Source of the DNA: Candidatus Kaiserbacteria bacterium
Lineage (GTDB): Bacteria > Patescibacteriota > Minisyncoccia > Phycocordibacterales > UBA918
Direction of reading: 5' to 3'
Assembly (NCBI GenBank): GCA_043729945.1
Contig: JAYTKW010000008.1
Coordinates: forward strand, 1-56,151
DNA length: 56,151 bases
The position numbers and the translations under genes were made by a program. The notes under the pieces were generated by a model. It was given only the letters and a program-made list of their open reading frames with translations, was not told the DNA's origin and did not search any database. Within the stretch, counting starts at the first letter, position 1, and each line of letters opens with the position of its first letter. Below, piece after piece: positions 8,181 through 16,823 of the stretch.

Positions 8181-9407
8181 ATGAAAATTATGTATCGATT
8201 TGTTCCCGCTTTAATTATTTGCGTATTATTTGTTGGTTTGATTGCTCCGGCTAATGCTCAGACAGCAAACACTCAAAGTCAAAGTCTAATTCAGGCATTA
8301 CTAAATCAGCTGGTTCTTTTGCAAGAGCAGTTGCGACTACTTACGGGGCACTCAAGTTATAAGCAACCTGCAATTAATCAAACTGCCAACAAAGTACCGT
8401 CCGTGGTAACCCCATCTTGGGAGAAGCGTTTTGTCACCAGTCCAGCTCAGATACCAACCAATGCCTTGCGTGCGTTTTATTTTGATACAAAAAAGCCCGG
8501 GATAATTATTTATGATGAAGTAGTCAACGGAGCGGATACTCACTACCTGCCTGAGAATCCAAAATTAGGCTCAATCGCCCACGATAGTTTTGGAGGATAT
8601 TGGATCGGTAATTATGTGTTTACCGCTACACAAAAATATACCATCCACCTATCACAAGGGAGTTCGGAGTCCCGTATTCGTATCGATGGAATAATTGTCT
8701 ATGAGGGGACAGAATCAAAATCATTCGATCATACCTTTACTCCCGGGACGCATAAAGTAGAAATTGAGCAGGTGAATAAAAATTGGACGATGTCTGGATC
8801 GACTATATTTCTTCTCCCTCTGGCAAGATCCTATTCTGTGTCTGAGCTCAAGACCGTCCTTGAACCACAGTGGAAAAACAAAAATTCACAAATCTGGTTA
8901 GCGAGCCCATATGATATTTCTGGTTCTGATAGAATTGTAAAAATAGTACTGAAGCCAACTTTACTTCCAACTACGCTTGTCCTCAGTTCATATATTGCCA
9001 CTACCTGGTCGTACCCAACTAATTCTCAAGCAAATATCAAAGCAATTGTTATAAGTTCTCAAGACAAGGGTTCTAGTATTAAGAATGTACCGCCAAATAT
9101 ACCAGTATATGTTCTGGATGAATGGATTGAGCAGGTGGATGCAAGTAACCTCGTGACCATCTGTCCTGTTTCAGAGGACTACTGTTCACAAGAAAGCGAT
9201 ATACGTCCTGTTGCATTAAAAGTGGCAAATTTTTTTGGAGGTAAAAAACCGATAGGCATTGGTGCTATGACAGATTCGAGAGTGTTAGTTGTTCCTTTTG
9301 TGACGCTCGATCAATCGGCTTATCAAAAATTAGACGCAGCGGTCATTGCTAACGATAAGGCTCGAAGTGAGTATCAAAAGAGCGGTCAACTAAAAAGTGT
9401 ATTTTAG
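8181..9407 (+). CDS. Secreted protein, possible PA14-like beta-barrel region
   Basis: Signal peptide ending PANAQ. The segment GGYWIGNYVFTATQKYTIHLSQGSSESRIRIDGIIVYEG resembles PA14-type domains, but this call is weak. Confidence 0.75.
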   Translation: MKIMYRFVPALIICVLFVGLIAPANAQTANTQSQSLIQALLNQLVLLQEQLRLLTGHSSYKQPAINQTANKVPSVVTPSWEKRFVTSPAQIPTNALRAFYFDTKKPGIIIYDEVVNGADTHYLPENPKLGSIAHDSFGGYWIGNYVFTATQKYTIHLSQGSSESRIRIDGIIVYEGTESKSFDHTFTPGTHKVEIEQVNKNWTMSGSTIFLLPLARSYSVSELKTVLEPQWKNKNSQIWLASPYDISGSDRIVKIVLKPTLLPTTLVLSSYIATTWSYPTNSQANIKAIVISSQDKGSSIKNVPPNIPVYVLDEWIEQVDASNLVTICPVSEDYCSQESDIRPVALKVANFFGGKKPIGIGAMTDSRVLVVPFVTLDQSAYQKLDAAVIANDKARSEYQKSGQLKSVF

Positions 9408-9570
9408 CCTACCAGGCTTCAAGCCAAAGCCTCGCCTAGGACCGTTCTAGGCAAATCGTGGTGTGGTAGCAATAATTGATATTATTAGTATGTAACTTAG
9501 CGACTTGTCTGTGTTCTCTGCCTGCCTGCGCTGTTTTTTGTAGTTGCAGCGCTTATTAATAGCTATTTGT

Positions 9571-10059
9571 ATGGATTTTTATCTCGTGTTTGTTAGTTTG
9601 GGGTTTGTGGTGGTGTATGGGGGTTTGCTGGTGCTATTTCCGTATTTTTTTGTGCAGCCGTGGGGTTCGGTTTGGGCGGGGTCGTGGTGGTCGGTGGGTT
9701 TGATTTTGTTACTCAGTAGCGTGGGATACGCGATTGCGTTTTCTCTACCCGGTCTCGAGGCAGGTAATCGTTTTCTCCATGCGTACGGGGGTGGAGGTAT
9801 GGGGATGGTCACCTGTTTTTTGGCGTGGCGTAATTCGGGGGTGAAGGCTGGTACATTTCAGTTTTATGTTCTGGCCAGTTTCATTGTGATTGCCCTCGGG
9901 GTTGCGAGCGAAATTGCTGAATTTATATTGCAACAATTAACCGGAGTGGTGTTGGCGCGCAGCGTGACGGATACCTGGCTTGATCTAGTGAGTAATGTTG
10001 TCGGGATTATAGTAGCCGGTGTATGCCTGGTGCCGTTTTTGAGAACTTTTAAAAAATAG
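9571..10059 (+). CDS. Integral membrane protein (about 5 TM)
   Basis: Hydrophobic ORF. I prefer the ATG at 9571 over the TTG at 9544 used in the ORF track. Confidence 0.6.
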   Translation: MDFYLVFVSLGFVVVYGGLLVLFPYFFVQPWGSVWAGSWWSVGLILLLSSVGYAIAFSLPGLEAGNRFLHAYGGGGMGMVTCFLAWRNSGVKAGTFQFYVLASFIVIALGVASEIAEFILQQLTGVVLARSVTDTWLDLVSNVVGIIVAGVCLVPFLRTFKK

Positions 10060-10215
10060 CCAGAGAATAACGCACCTAATGTAAAAAGGAGTAACGAAGC
10101 TAACTTCCTCACGAAGGTTCAGTCTGCGTGAGGGGTAATTTTTACCAGAAATTTAAACCTTTTGATTTAATAGAGCGTCCTTAGACACTAGCATAATTCG
10201 GTTTTACTTTAGATT

Positions 10216-10224
10216 TGCTATACT
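10216..10224 (+). promoter_or_regulatory. Extended -10 TGcTATACT, 6 nt before ATG 10231
   Basis: TGn plus TATACT with no Shine-Dalgarno sequence in between. Confidence 0.5.
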
Positions 10225-10230
10225 CTAGGC

Positions 10231-10698
10231 ATGCCGATACTTCATATTATTTGCGGTGTGCCGGGCTCTGGCAAGTCGACTTTGGCGAAAAAAATCGCGA
10301 GGGAATCCCGGGCGTTGCGTCTCACTCCTGACGAGTGGATGGATCGGATTGTGGGGGATGGATTTAATGAAGAGAGACGAGCAGTCGTCGAGCAAATGCA
10401 GTGTGAATTAGCCCAGCAGGTGCTGGGACTTGGTGTGAGTGTGGTGCTCGAACATGGGTTTTGGATGCGAGCCGAACGCGATGAAATGCGAACGCTCGCC
10501 AGGCGAGCCGGAGCAATACCAAAAGTCTACTATTTTGATGTTGCACCTGAGGAACTACGCCGGAGATTACACTCCAGAAATGAAAATCTGCCAGCGCATA
10601 CCTTTCCCATAGATGAAGCACGACTGGCTGAAGCGCTTTTGCGCTTTGAGGTACCTACAGTTGATGAGCCTGATATAACGGTGATTACTCCCTGGTAA
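10231..10698 (+). CDS. P-loop ATPase/kinase (AAA_33-like)
   Basis: Walker A motif ICGVPGSGKSTLA at the N-terminus; 155 aa. Confidence 0.85.
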   Translation: MPILHIICGVPGSGKSTLAKKIARESRALRLTPDEWMDRIVGDGFNEERRAVVEQMQCELAQQVLGLGVSVVLEHGFWMRAERDEMRTLARRAGAIPKVYYFDVAPEELRRRLHSRNENLPAHTFPIDEARLAEALLRFEVPTVDEPDITVITPW

Positions 10699-10859
10699 TA
10701 TCAGTTGCCTGATACACCTATCTGTAATGTCTCTGTCGAGATAACGGCTTTTTGGGTATGGATAAAAAACGATTATATCGGAGTAAAACAAATAAAGTTT
10801 TTTATGCGGTTATTTGTGGAGGGGTAGGTGAGTATTTTTGAAAAGAAGGGTGATAATTT

Positions 10860-10868
10860 TGGTATACT
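10860..10868 (+). promoter_or_regulatory. Extended -10 TGgTATACT, 6 nt before ATG 10875
   Basis: Same geometry as 10216. Confidence 0.5.
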
Positions 10869-10874
10869 CAGAGT

Positions 10875-11360
10875 ATGGCACATCCTGAAACTAGAGTAGG
10901 TCACATTCATTTGACGGTTAGCTCGCTGACGCGGTCTCTGGAGTTTTATCGTGACTTGCTAGGTTTTGAAATATCAGCTCGATATGGTGAATCGGCGGTA
11001 TTTTTATCAGCGGGCGGGTATCATCATCATATAGGACTCAATACCTGGGCCGGAGTCGGTGCAACGGGGGCGCCTGCGGGACACACTGGTATGTACCATG
11101 TAGCTTTTTTGTACCCAAACCGGCGCGAGTTGGCGATGGTTGTACAAAATTTACTAGCTGCCAGCTACCCAATTGATGGATTAGCTGATCATGGAGTGAG
11201 CGAAGCCATTTATCTAAGGGATCCAGACGGCAATGGTGTCGAGCTGTATGTCGATCGACCCAAAGCACAGTGGGAAGTGGATAATGATGGGCTGTTCGAA
11301 ATGGTTACAGAGCCACTGGATCTCCAGAGTCTATTACGTGCACTTGACGATACCGTATAA
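10875..11360 (+). CDS. VOC/glyoxalase-dioxygenase superfamily protein
   Basis: The motifs VGHIHLTVSSLTRSLEFYRDLLGFE, HHHIGLN and YLRDPDGNGVELY are typical VOC-fold metal-ligand contexts. Confidence 0.88.
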   Translation: MAHPETRVGHIHLTVSSLTRSLEFYRDLLGFEISARYGESAVFLSAGGYHHHIGLNTWAGVGATGAPAGHTGMYHVAFLYPNRRELAMVVQNLLAASYPIDGLADHGVSEAIYLRDPDGNGVELYVDRPKAQWEVDNDGLFEMVTEPLDLQSLLRALDDTV

Positions 11361-11415
11361 GCCGATGTCGCTTAAATGAGTTGTCAGGTTAGGTACTGGA
11401 GCTGAGTTTATATGG

Positions 11416-11421
11416 TAGTAT
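11416..11421 (+). promoter_or_regulatory. -10 box TAGTAT, 7 nt before ATG 11429
   Basis: Spacing pattern only. Confidence 0.35.
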
Positions 11422-11428
11422 TTGAGAT

Positions 11429-12637
11429 ATGAGAGACGTACTAAGAAAAAACAAATGGGGTTTTTTGATGGTGGTTCCGCTGGTATTTGGGGGGAGTTAC
11501 GCTGTCAGTGCTTTGAATATCGGTACGGTGACCTATGTAAAAGGTGATCCGGTAGGCAGCACTAGTACTAGTGGCACCAGTAGTAGAAACGATGGTACAG
11601 TCGGTGGCGTAGTTGCTATTGCAGAGAACACCCAACCGGCCTGGCCGCTACTTCTTGATACCGCTGAATACGACAAGCGGTTGCTCGTACTGGCAAACTA
11701 CCTCCCGCCTAAACCTCCGGCTACATCTACTGCATCGATTTCAGCCACAACCACGTTCAACACTGTCCCTAAATTACCCATCTACAGCAGTAGCAGTAAT
11801 GTCACAGTTCCGGGAAAATTATGGCCCGCGGCAGCTGTTTATCCACATGGCGGCGCGATCGTGCCGTTTAAAAGAATCCTCTCGTATTACGGGAATTTCT
11901 TTTCCCGTCATATGGGTATTTTAGGTGAGTATGAACCGGATGAAGTGTTGCGGCGACTCTCGGCGACGCAGGCATTGTGGGAGGCGGCTGATCCAAATAC
12001 TCCGGTGCAACTGGCGATTGAATATATTGCCATGGTGGCCCAAGCAGATGGTGGTAAAGACGGCATGTACCGCGCCATGATGCCAGCTAAAGAAATAGAG
12101 AAAGCATATGATTTAGCAAAAAAAGCTAACGCGATTTTGATTCTTGATTTGCAGATTGGGTTAAGTACTATTGAACGTGAGTTGCCAAAATTTAAAGAGT
12201 ACGTTATGCGCCCCGAAGTACATATAGCGCTTGATCCAGAATTTTCGATGAAGACAGGTGACAGGCCCGGAACAGTGATTGGTACACATAATGCCGCTGA
12301 TATTAATTACGTGATTAACTATATGTCAGAGATAGTTAAGGCGAATAAATTACCACCCAAGGTACTCTTGGTGCACCGGTTTACTCAGAATATGGTCACG
12401 GGCAGTGCCCAGATCACTTCTACCCCTGAAGTTCAAGTTATCATGGTGATGGATGGCTGGGGTTCAAAAGACCTCAAGCGAGGGACGTATTCGCATGTGA
12501 TTGTGCCCGAACCAGTCCAATTTGCTGGAATTAAGATTTTTTACAAAAATGATCTCAAGCCACCGAGTACAGGACTGCTTACCCCGACGGAAGTCTTGCA
12601 ACTCAATCCCAGGCCGATTTTTATCCAGTACCAATAA
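11429..12637 (+). CDS. Exported hypothetical protein (N-terminal TM/signal, Ser/Thr-rich linker, globular C-domain)
   Basis: 402-aa ORF with good coding character. Family not recognised. Confidence 0.78.
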   Translation: MRDVLRKNKWGFLMVVPLVFGGSYAVSALNIGTVTYVKGDPVGSTSTSGTSSRNDGTVGGVVAIAENTQPAWPLLLDTAEYDKRLLVLANYLPPKPPATSTASISATTTFNTVPKLPIYSSSSNVTVPGKLWPAAAVYPHGGAIVPFKRILSYYGNFFSRHMGILGEYEPDEVLRRLSATQALWEAADPNTPVQLAIEYIAMVAQADGGKDGMYRAMMPAKEIEKAYDLAKKANAILILDLQIGLSTIERELPKFKEYVMRPEVHIALDPEFSMKTGDRPGTVIGTHNAADINYVINYMSEIVKANKLPPKVLLVHRFTQNMVTGSAQITSTPEVQVIMVMDGWGSKDLKRGTYSHVIVPEPVQFAGIKIFYKNDLKPPSTGLLTPTEVLQLNPRPIFIQYQ

Positions 12638-12665
12638 GTATGAGACGAAGTTCACTAGTAGGTAT

Positions 12666-13085
12666 ATGAATGAAAAAATTAAAAAAATGTATCTGGGGGT
12701 GAAGACTTTTCCTGATCGGATGTATCCTTTTCGTTCCGAAATCGAGGGTAGTTTTGTCAGAGGCCGCGCCTCTTATGAACGGGCAGTGGAGCTCGCCAAA
12801 GAAAAATATGGTCCACAGCATTTAGGTTATAAACTAACCGCGTATCGTGAAGCGTTTCACTTTTCAGGATCAATAGTATTTTTGCTGGTAACAGCGGTAC
12901 TGTCACAGCAATTTTTTAACAGCGAAGTCGCTTTTTATGTAGTGGTGGCTGGAGCGATTATAGCTCTCTTTGTACAAGAATTTTACTACCATCCAAAGTA
13001 TTACGCTCAGACGACCCTAAAGGGTGTCACTGACTGGCTCGCCTGGATTATTCCGATGGTGTTATATATTACGTTTATCCAATAG
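12666..13085 (+). CDS. Small membrane protein
   Basis: The ATG at 12666 (MNEKIKKMYLG) lies inside ORF 12501..13085. The upstream part of that ORF overlaps the previous gene. Three hydrophobic helices are present in the C-terminal half. Confidence 0.6.
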   Translation: MNEKIKKMYLGVKTFPDRMYPFRSEIEGSFVRGRASYERAVELAKEKYGPQHLGYKLTAYREAFHFSGSIVFLLVTAVLSQQFFNSEVAFYVVVAGAIIALFVQEFYYHPKYYAQTTLKGVTDWLAWIIPMVLYITFIQ

Positions 13086-13137
13086 CATAAATATCCTAGG
13101 TCTTATGGCGTTTTGAAATGGGTATGAATGTGCTACA

Positions 13138-13605
13138 GTGCCTATATTATCTATGCAACCAACGCTTGAATATACTACAAATCCAGAGTTGTTTTCGGCC
13201 GTGGCTCTGGCCTTCTTTGCTGACAATGATCTGACTGCATACACCGACCCGAGCGAAGCCTTGCAATTTATTTTGGCCGTTGATGAGATTGTCGAATTAT
13301 ATACAGCAAGGCTAGCCGCTGATGAGATGGCGTTACCAGAGGAGCTGGTGGTGCAACTCGGGAGTGCGCTGGGCGAGGCATTTATTGTGGTATTTGGTGG
13401 GGTGTGGGAATACGTTGAATCAATTGGCCGCTGGCAAGTTGGTTTGGTGTTACCAAGCAACGATTCCATTTCGATTAATGTGTTTCATAAACTCGAAAAA
13501 AGATTCGAAAATGGTGACGATGATTCAATTTCGTATCTGTTTGAAATGATTCGCAAAGTTTATTTAGAGGAAATGGATTTATTTCCAGAAGAGCCTGCCC
13601 AGTAA
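13138..13605 (+). CDS. Acidic cytoplasmic hypothetical protein (DUF3806-like impression)
   Basis: 155-aa ORF. The ORF on the opposite strand is Ser/Ala/Thr-rich and looks spurious. The start may instead be the ATG at 13153. Confidence 0.62.
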   Translation: MPILSMQPTLEYTTNPELFSAVALAFFADNDLTAYTDPSEALQFILAVDEIVELYTARLAADEMALPEELVVQLGSALGEAFIVVFGGVWEYVESIGRWQVGLVLPSNDSISINVFHKLEKRFENGDDDSISYLFEMIRKVYLEEMDLFPEEPAQ

Positions 13606-14047
13606 AGCTATCATAAACCCCACAGCCAAAAAATCCCTCCACGGGGTAACACTACAGGTCGTGACCTAGCTGCTGGTGGCCGAATACGTTTGGGATGTGT
13701 TGGGTACAAAAATTTCTATCAAATGTTTTTTAGATAATCCTAGCGTTAAATCAAGTCTGATATTTTGCGTAAAACTCCTTGGGTGAGACAAAATACCCAG
13801 CGTCTCTTTTTTCAATTCTACTTATGCAAGTGCGACGATTCAGTTTAATTGAGTTCTATGCGGAAATATGGCCGATTTTGCAAGCATAAGTCAGTTTTTT
13901 GCCAGTGACAAGTAAAAAAACAAGTGTATAATAATAGTGTAGCAAGAGGTTGCTTGCCCATTTCAGTGAACAAATAGTTTATATACAACACAGAAGTGAA
14001 GGTATTACTTGTCGTTTTCCATTCGGAGTGACGTAACAATATTTACC

Positions 14048-14779
14048 ATGCATATACAACGAGAGTTGGAACGTCTAGGCTATAATCATAACGAGATTAC
14101 TGTGTATCTTGCAATGATGAGGCTTGGTGAGACAACGGTAACTGAAATTGCTCGTAAGACCCAATTACCGCGATCGACCACCCAATTGACTGTTCAGAGT
14201 CTGCAGAAGAGAGGACTCGCCGCCCTTACTATACGACGTAATAATTGGGTCTGGATTGCCGAAAATCCAAGTAAATTTTTACTTGATTTGCATGATAAAG
14301 AAGTGTTACTCCAGAAACTACTACCCGAGTTACAGTTACTCCGTCATGAATCGAAAAAAAAGCCAATTCTGAAATTTTATAGTGGCATTAATAGTATAAA
14401 TGTCATTTTAGAGACCGTGGTACAGTCTCAGTATTCAGTAAAGGTTCTTGGCTCTGTGCCACATATGTGCCAGTATTTAGGTGTCGAGATGGTGGAAGAC
14501 TTTTTTGAAAAAATGTTTAAAGGTAATGTTCAAATTCAATTACTCTCAACAACGTCTGATTTTGTTTTAAACTTAAAAAAGCAGAGTGAATCAGGAAAAA
14601 ATCGCGTGCGATTATTTGATGATGAACATCTGACGCAAGTGGTTTACATACTCTTTAATTCACAAGTCGCAATCATCTTGTTGAGTGCTCAAGAATCTAT
14701 AGGCGTAGTATTTGCAGATGTTGGTATGGCTGAGTCCACGAGTTTATTCTTCGATCAGATTTGGAAAAATAATACTTAA
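14048..14779 (+). CDS. TrmB-family winged-helix transcriptional regulator
   Basis: N-terminal LERLGYNHNEITVYLAMMRLGETTVTEIARKTQLPRSTTQLTVQSLQKRGL. The start is moved to the ATG at 14048. Confidence 0.82.
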   Translation: MHIQRELERLGYNHNEITVYLAMMRLGETTVTEIARKTQLPRSTTQLTVQSLQKRGLAALTIRRNNWVWIAENPSKFLLDLHDKEVLLQKLLPELQLLRHESKKKPILKFYSGINSINVILETVVQSQYSVKVLGSVPHMCQYLGVEMVEDFFEKMFKGNVQIQLLSTTSDFVLNLKKQSESGKNRVRLFDDEHLTQVVYILFNSQVAIILLSAQESIGVVFADVGMAESTSLFFDQIWKNNT

Positions 14780-15507
14780 AGTGTCACAACAAAAATGTGA
14801 CGAGCTACTTTGTGGTCTATAAAATTTTCTTTGTAAGGGCAAACAATTTATTTGCGTAAATCAATGGTTTTTTATGAGTGTGTTTGACACTACTATTTTT
14901 TATTATATAAAGAAATGTCTACAAAAAATTATTTTTGTTATTGATGCAGATGAGGCATACTCACTCACAGATTGTTCTTTGTGAAAGGTAACTTTTTGGA
15001 CATCAACAATTGTCACTCACTCTACTTTACATTAATCTAGCTAATTTTTGTGCAGAGTCGTTGTGGATAATTAGGTAGTATGTCCGGGCTACTCATTGTG
15101 AGTTTTACAGTACGCAGTCATGCGATGATTCTGCTATAGCTCATAATAATTGACGCCTTGTGTAATCAGGTGTTAGTCGTAGTGTAGTCCCATACAAAAG
15201 TTTACTTGGATAAAATAAGACACATTATTTATAAGCTCTAGTAATAATACACACTATGTCATTGATTAAGTGGGAAGAAGTTACAGATGATTTTGAGCAA
15301 GTTTTCGATGTCTTACCCGCAATTCCTTTTTCGAAAATGAGCCATGATTTGTATATGGGTAATTATAAACAAGATGATGTCGGAAAACCTAAAGCACTAG
15401 TTGGCGATAAGCACCTGAAAACAAGATATAGATAGAAGTATCTGCACATCTCTTTAGTTTTCAGAATTCAATTATCTCTGACAATTTATAAGTTTAATTT
15501 TAAGAAT

Positions 15508-15699
15508 ATGTTACAAATATGGATAACTGGGGTGGTGGGAGTAGCCATTGTTATTGTCGCTTATATGTCACTTGATATATCAGTTTTGCAATGGGTGCTG
15601 ACGATAGCTGGTCTAGTATTGGTTGCAAATAGTATTTGGTTGGCCTCAGAAAAAAATGACAATTACATGCGACGAATGTCAAAAAGAACGAGTCAATAA
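15508..15699 (+). CDS. Small two-TM membrane protein (tentative)
   Basis: 63-aa ORF with two hydrophobic helices and a basic tail. It sits isolated in a long AT-rich spacer. Confidence 0.35.
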   Translation: MLQIWITGVVGVAIVIVAYMSLDISVLQWVLTIAGLVLVANSIWLASEKNDNYMRRMSKRTSQ

Positions 15700-15921
15700 A
15701 GGTGGGTTCCGGCTGGGTATCTTTGTGTCGTTATGTATTGATGTAACGTGTCAAATTACTAAAGTAGATCCGAATGTACTTAAGATGTAAACAGCATACA
15801 AAGTAAACCCTGATAATTCTTGAAGTTGTATAACGTATGAGATTTAAAGTGCTTGTAACTAGGACTACTAGTGATGAGCCTGAGCAAATTCACCTTTACT
15901 CACAACGTAACTTACAACAAT

Positions 15922-16611
15922 ATGTTCTTTGATCGTCATATGGCAGGGGAACTCCTTGCAAAAAAGCTTACTAGGTTTAAGTATCGTGATGTAGTGTTAT
16001 ACGCGTTGCCAAAAGGAGGTGTTCCCGTAGGGTATGAAGTATCGAAGGCACTAGGTTTGCCACTTGATTTTCTCACGGTACAAAAAATTGGCCATCCTTT
16101 GTATCCTGAGTATGGTATTTGCTCTGTATCAGAAACGGGAAACCTTATTTGTGATGAAAGCGGCATATGCGGCCTTGATCGCAATTGGCTATCCAATGAA
16201 ATCCGCTTCAAAGAAGAAGAGGCCTACCGTCGACGGGCTCTATATAAACGAGGTGAACCGTCAGCATCGCCAGAAAATAAAATCGCTATCATCATTGATG
16301 ATGGCATCGCCACCGGCATTACAATGAAAGCCGCTGTACAAGCTATTCAGGATAAGTGGCCAGAGCAGATAATTATTGCGACACCGGTTATGCCTCACGC
16401 ATTGATCAGTGAATTTAGAAAACTATCCGATGCCGTGGTGACACTCATTGACGATCGGGAGTATTTGGGGACTGTTGGTGCCTATTATTCATATTTTGCT
16501 GAAGTGACTGATTACGAAGTTACATCACTGCTAGCAAAAGCCAACCATCACTTTGTGCAGAGTTTGCCACAAATGTCCGAATCAGCAGTGCGTTATAAAA
16601 ATAATAATTAA
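15922..16611 (+). CDS. Phosphoribosyltransferase-family protein
   Basis: The motif IAIIIDDGIATGITM is a PRPP-binding loop, and the N-terminus FFDRHMAGELLAKKL..LPKGGVPVG is typical of the putative PRTase family. The start could be as early as 15871. Confidence 0.83.
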   Translation: MFFDRHMAGELLAKKLTRFKYRDVVLYALPKGGVPVGYEVSKALGLPLDFLTVQKIGHPLYPEYGICSVSETGNLICDESGICGLDRNWLSNEIRFKEEEAYRRRALYKRGEPSASPENKIAIIIDDGIATGITMKAAVQAIQDKWPEQIIIATPVMPHALISEFRKLSDAVVTLIDDREYLGTVGAYYSYFAEVTDYEVTSLLAKANHHFVQSLPQMSESAVRYKNNN

Positions 16612-16649
16612 CTCGTGCCGAAATTAAATGCCAATTTCCCGCAGGTGCT

Positions 16650-16694
16650 AGTCCACACAGAAAAGTACCTCGTCACCGTATTTTTCTGTGTGGA
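16650..16694 (+). other. 14-bp perfect-stem hairpin 39 nt after the PRTase stop
   Basis: GTCCACACAGAAAA / TTTTCTGTGTGGAC, extendable by GTAC/GTAT. The loop contains CTCGTCACC. No T run follows. Confidence 0.55.
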
Positions 16695-16810
16695 CCAGAT
16701 AACCGCGGTTCACACACATGACGTTTACTTTTGATTTATTCAACAATCAATTAAGGACGTGTATGTATAAATAAAATGAGTACATTTATCATTTATATTA
16801 GTAAATTAAA

Positions 16811-16816
16811 TAATAT
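16811..16816 (+). promoter_or_regulatory. -10 box TAATAT, 7 nt before ATG 16824
   Basis: Supports the 16824 start, which yields a signal peptide. Confidence 0.4.
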
Positions 16817-16823
16817 CCAACTT

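Noticed and set aside
12711-12719. 9-nt match (CCTGATCGG) to the tRNA-Gln 3' end as a candidate island att repeat
   Set aside because: A 9-mer match is expected by chance at this window size. It also lies inside a coding region, and no integrase is nearby.
13062-13469. 135-aa minus-strand ORF competing with 13138-13605
   Set aside because: It is Ser/Ala/Thr-rich with no start context, whereas the plus-strand ORF has balanced, protein-like composition.
14048-16611. Retron-like arrangement (winged-helix protein, long non-coding spacer, PRTase-family protein)
   Set aside because: No reverse transcriptase gene is present and no msr/msd-like inverted repeats were visible in the spacer. The PRTase belongs to the common stand-alone putative PRTase type.
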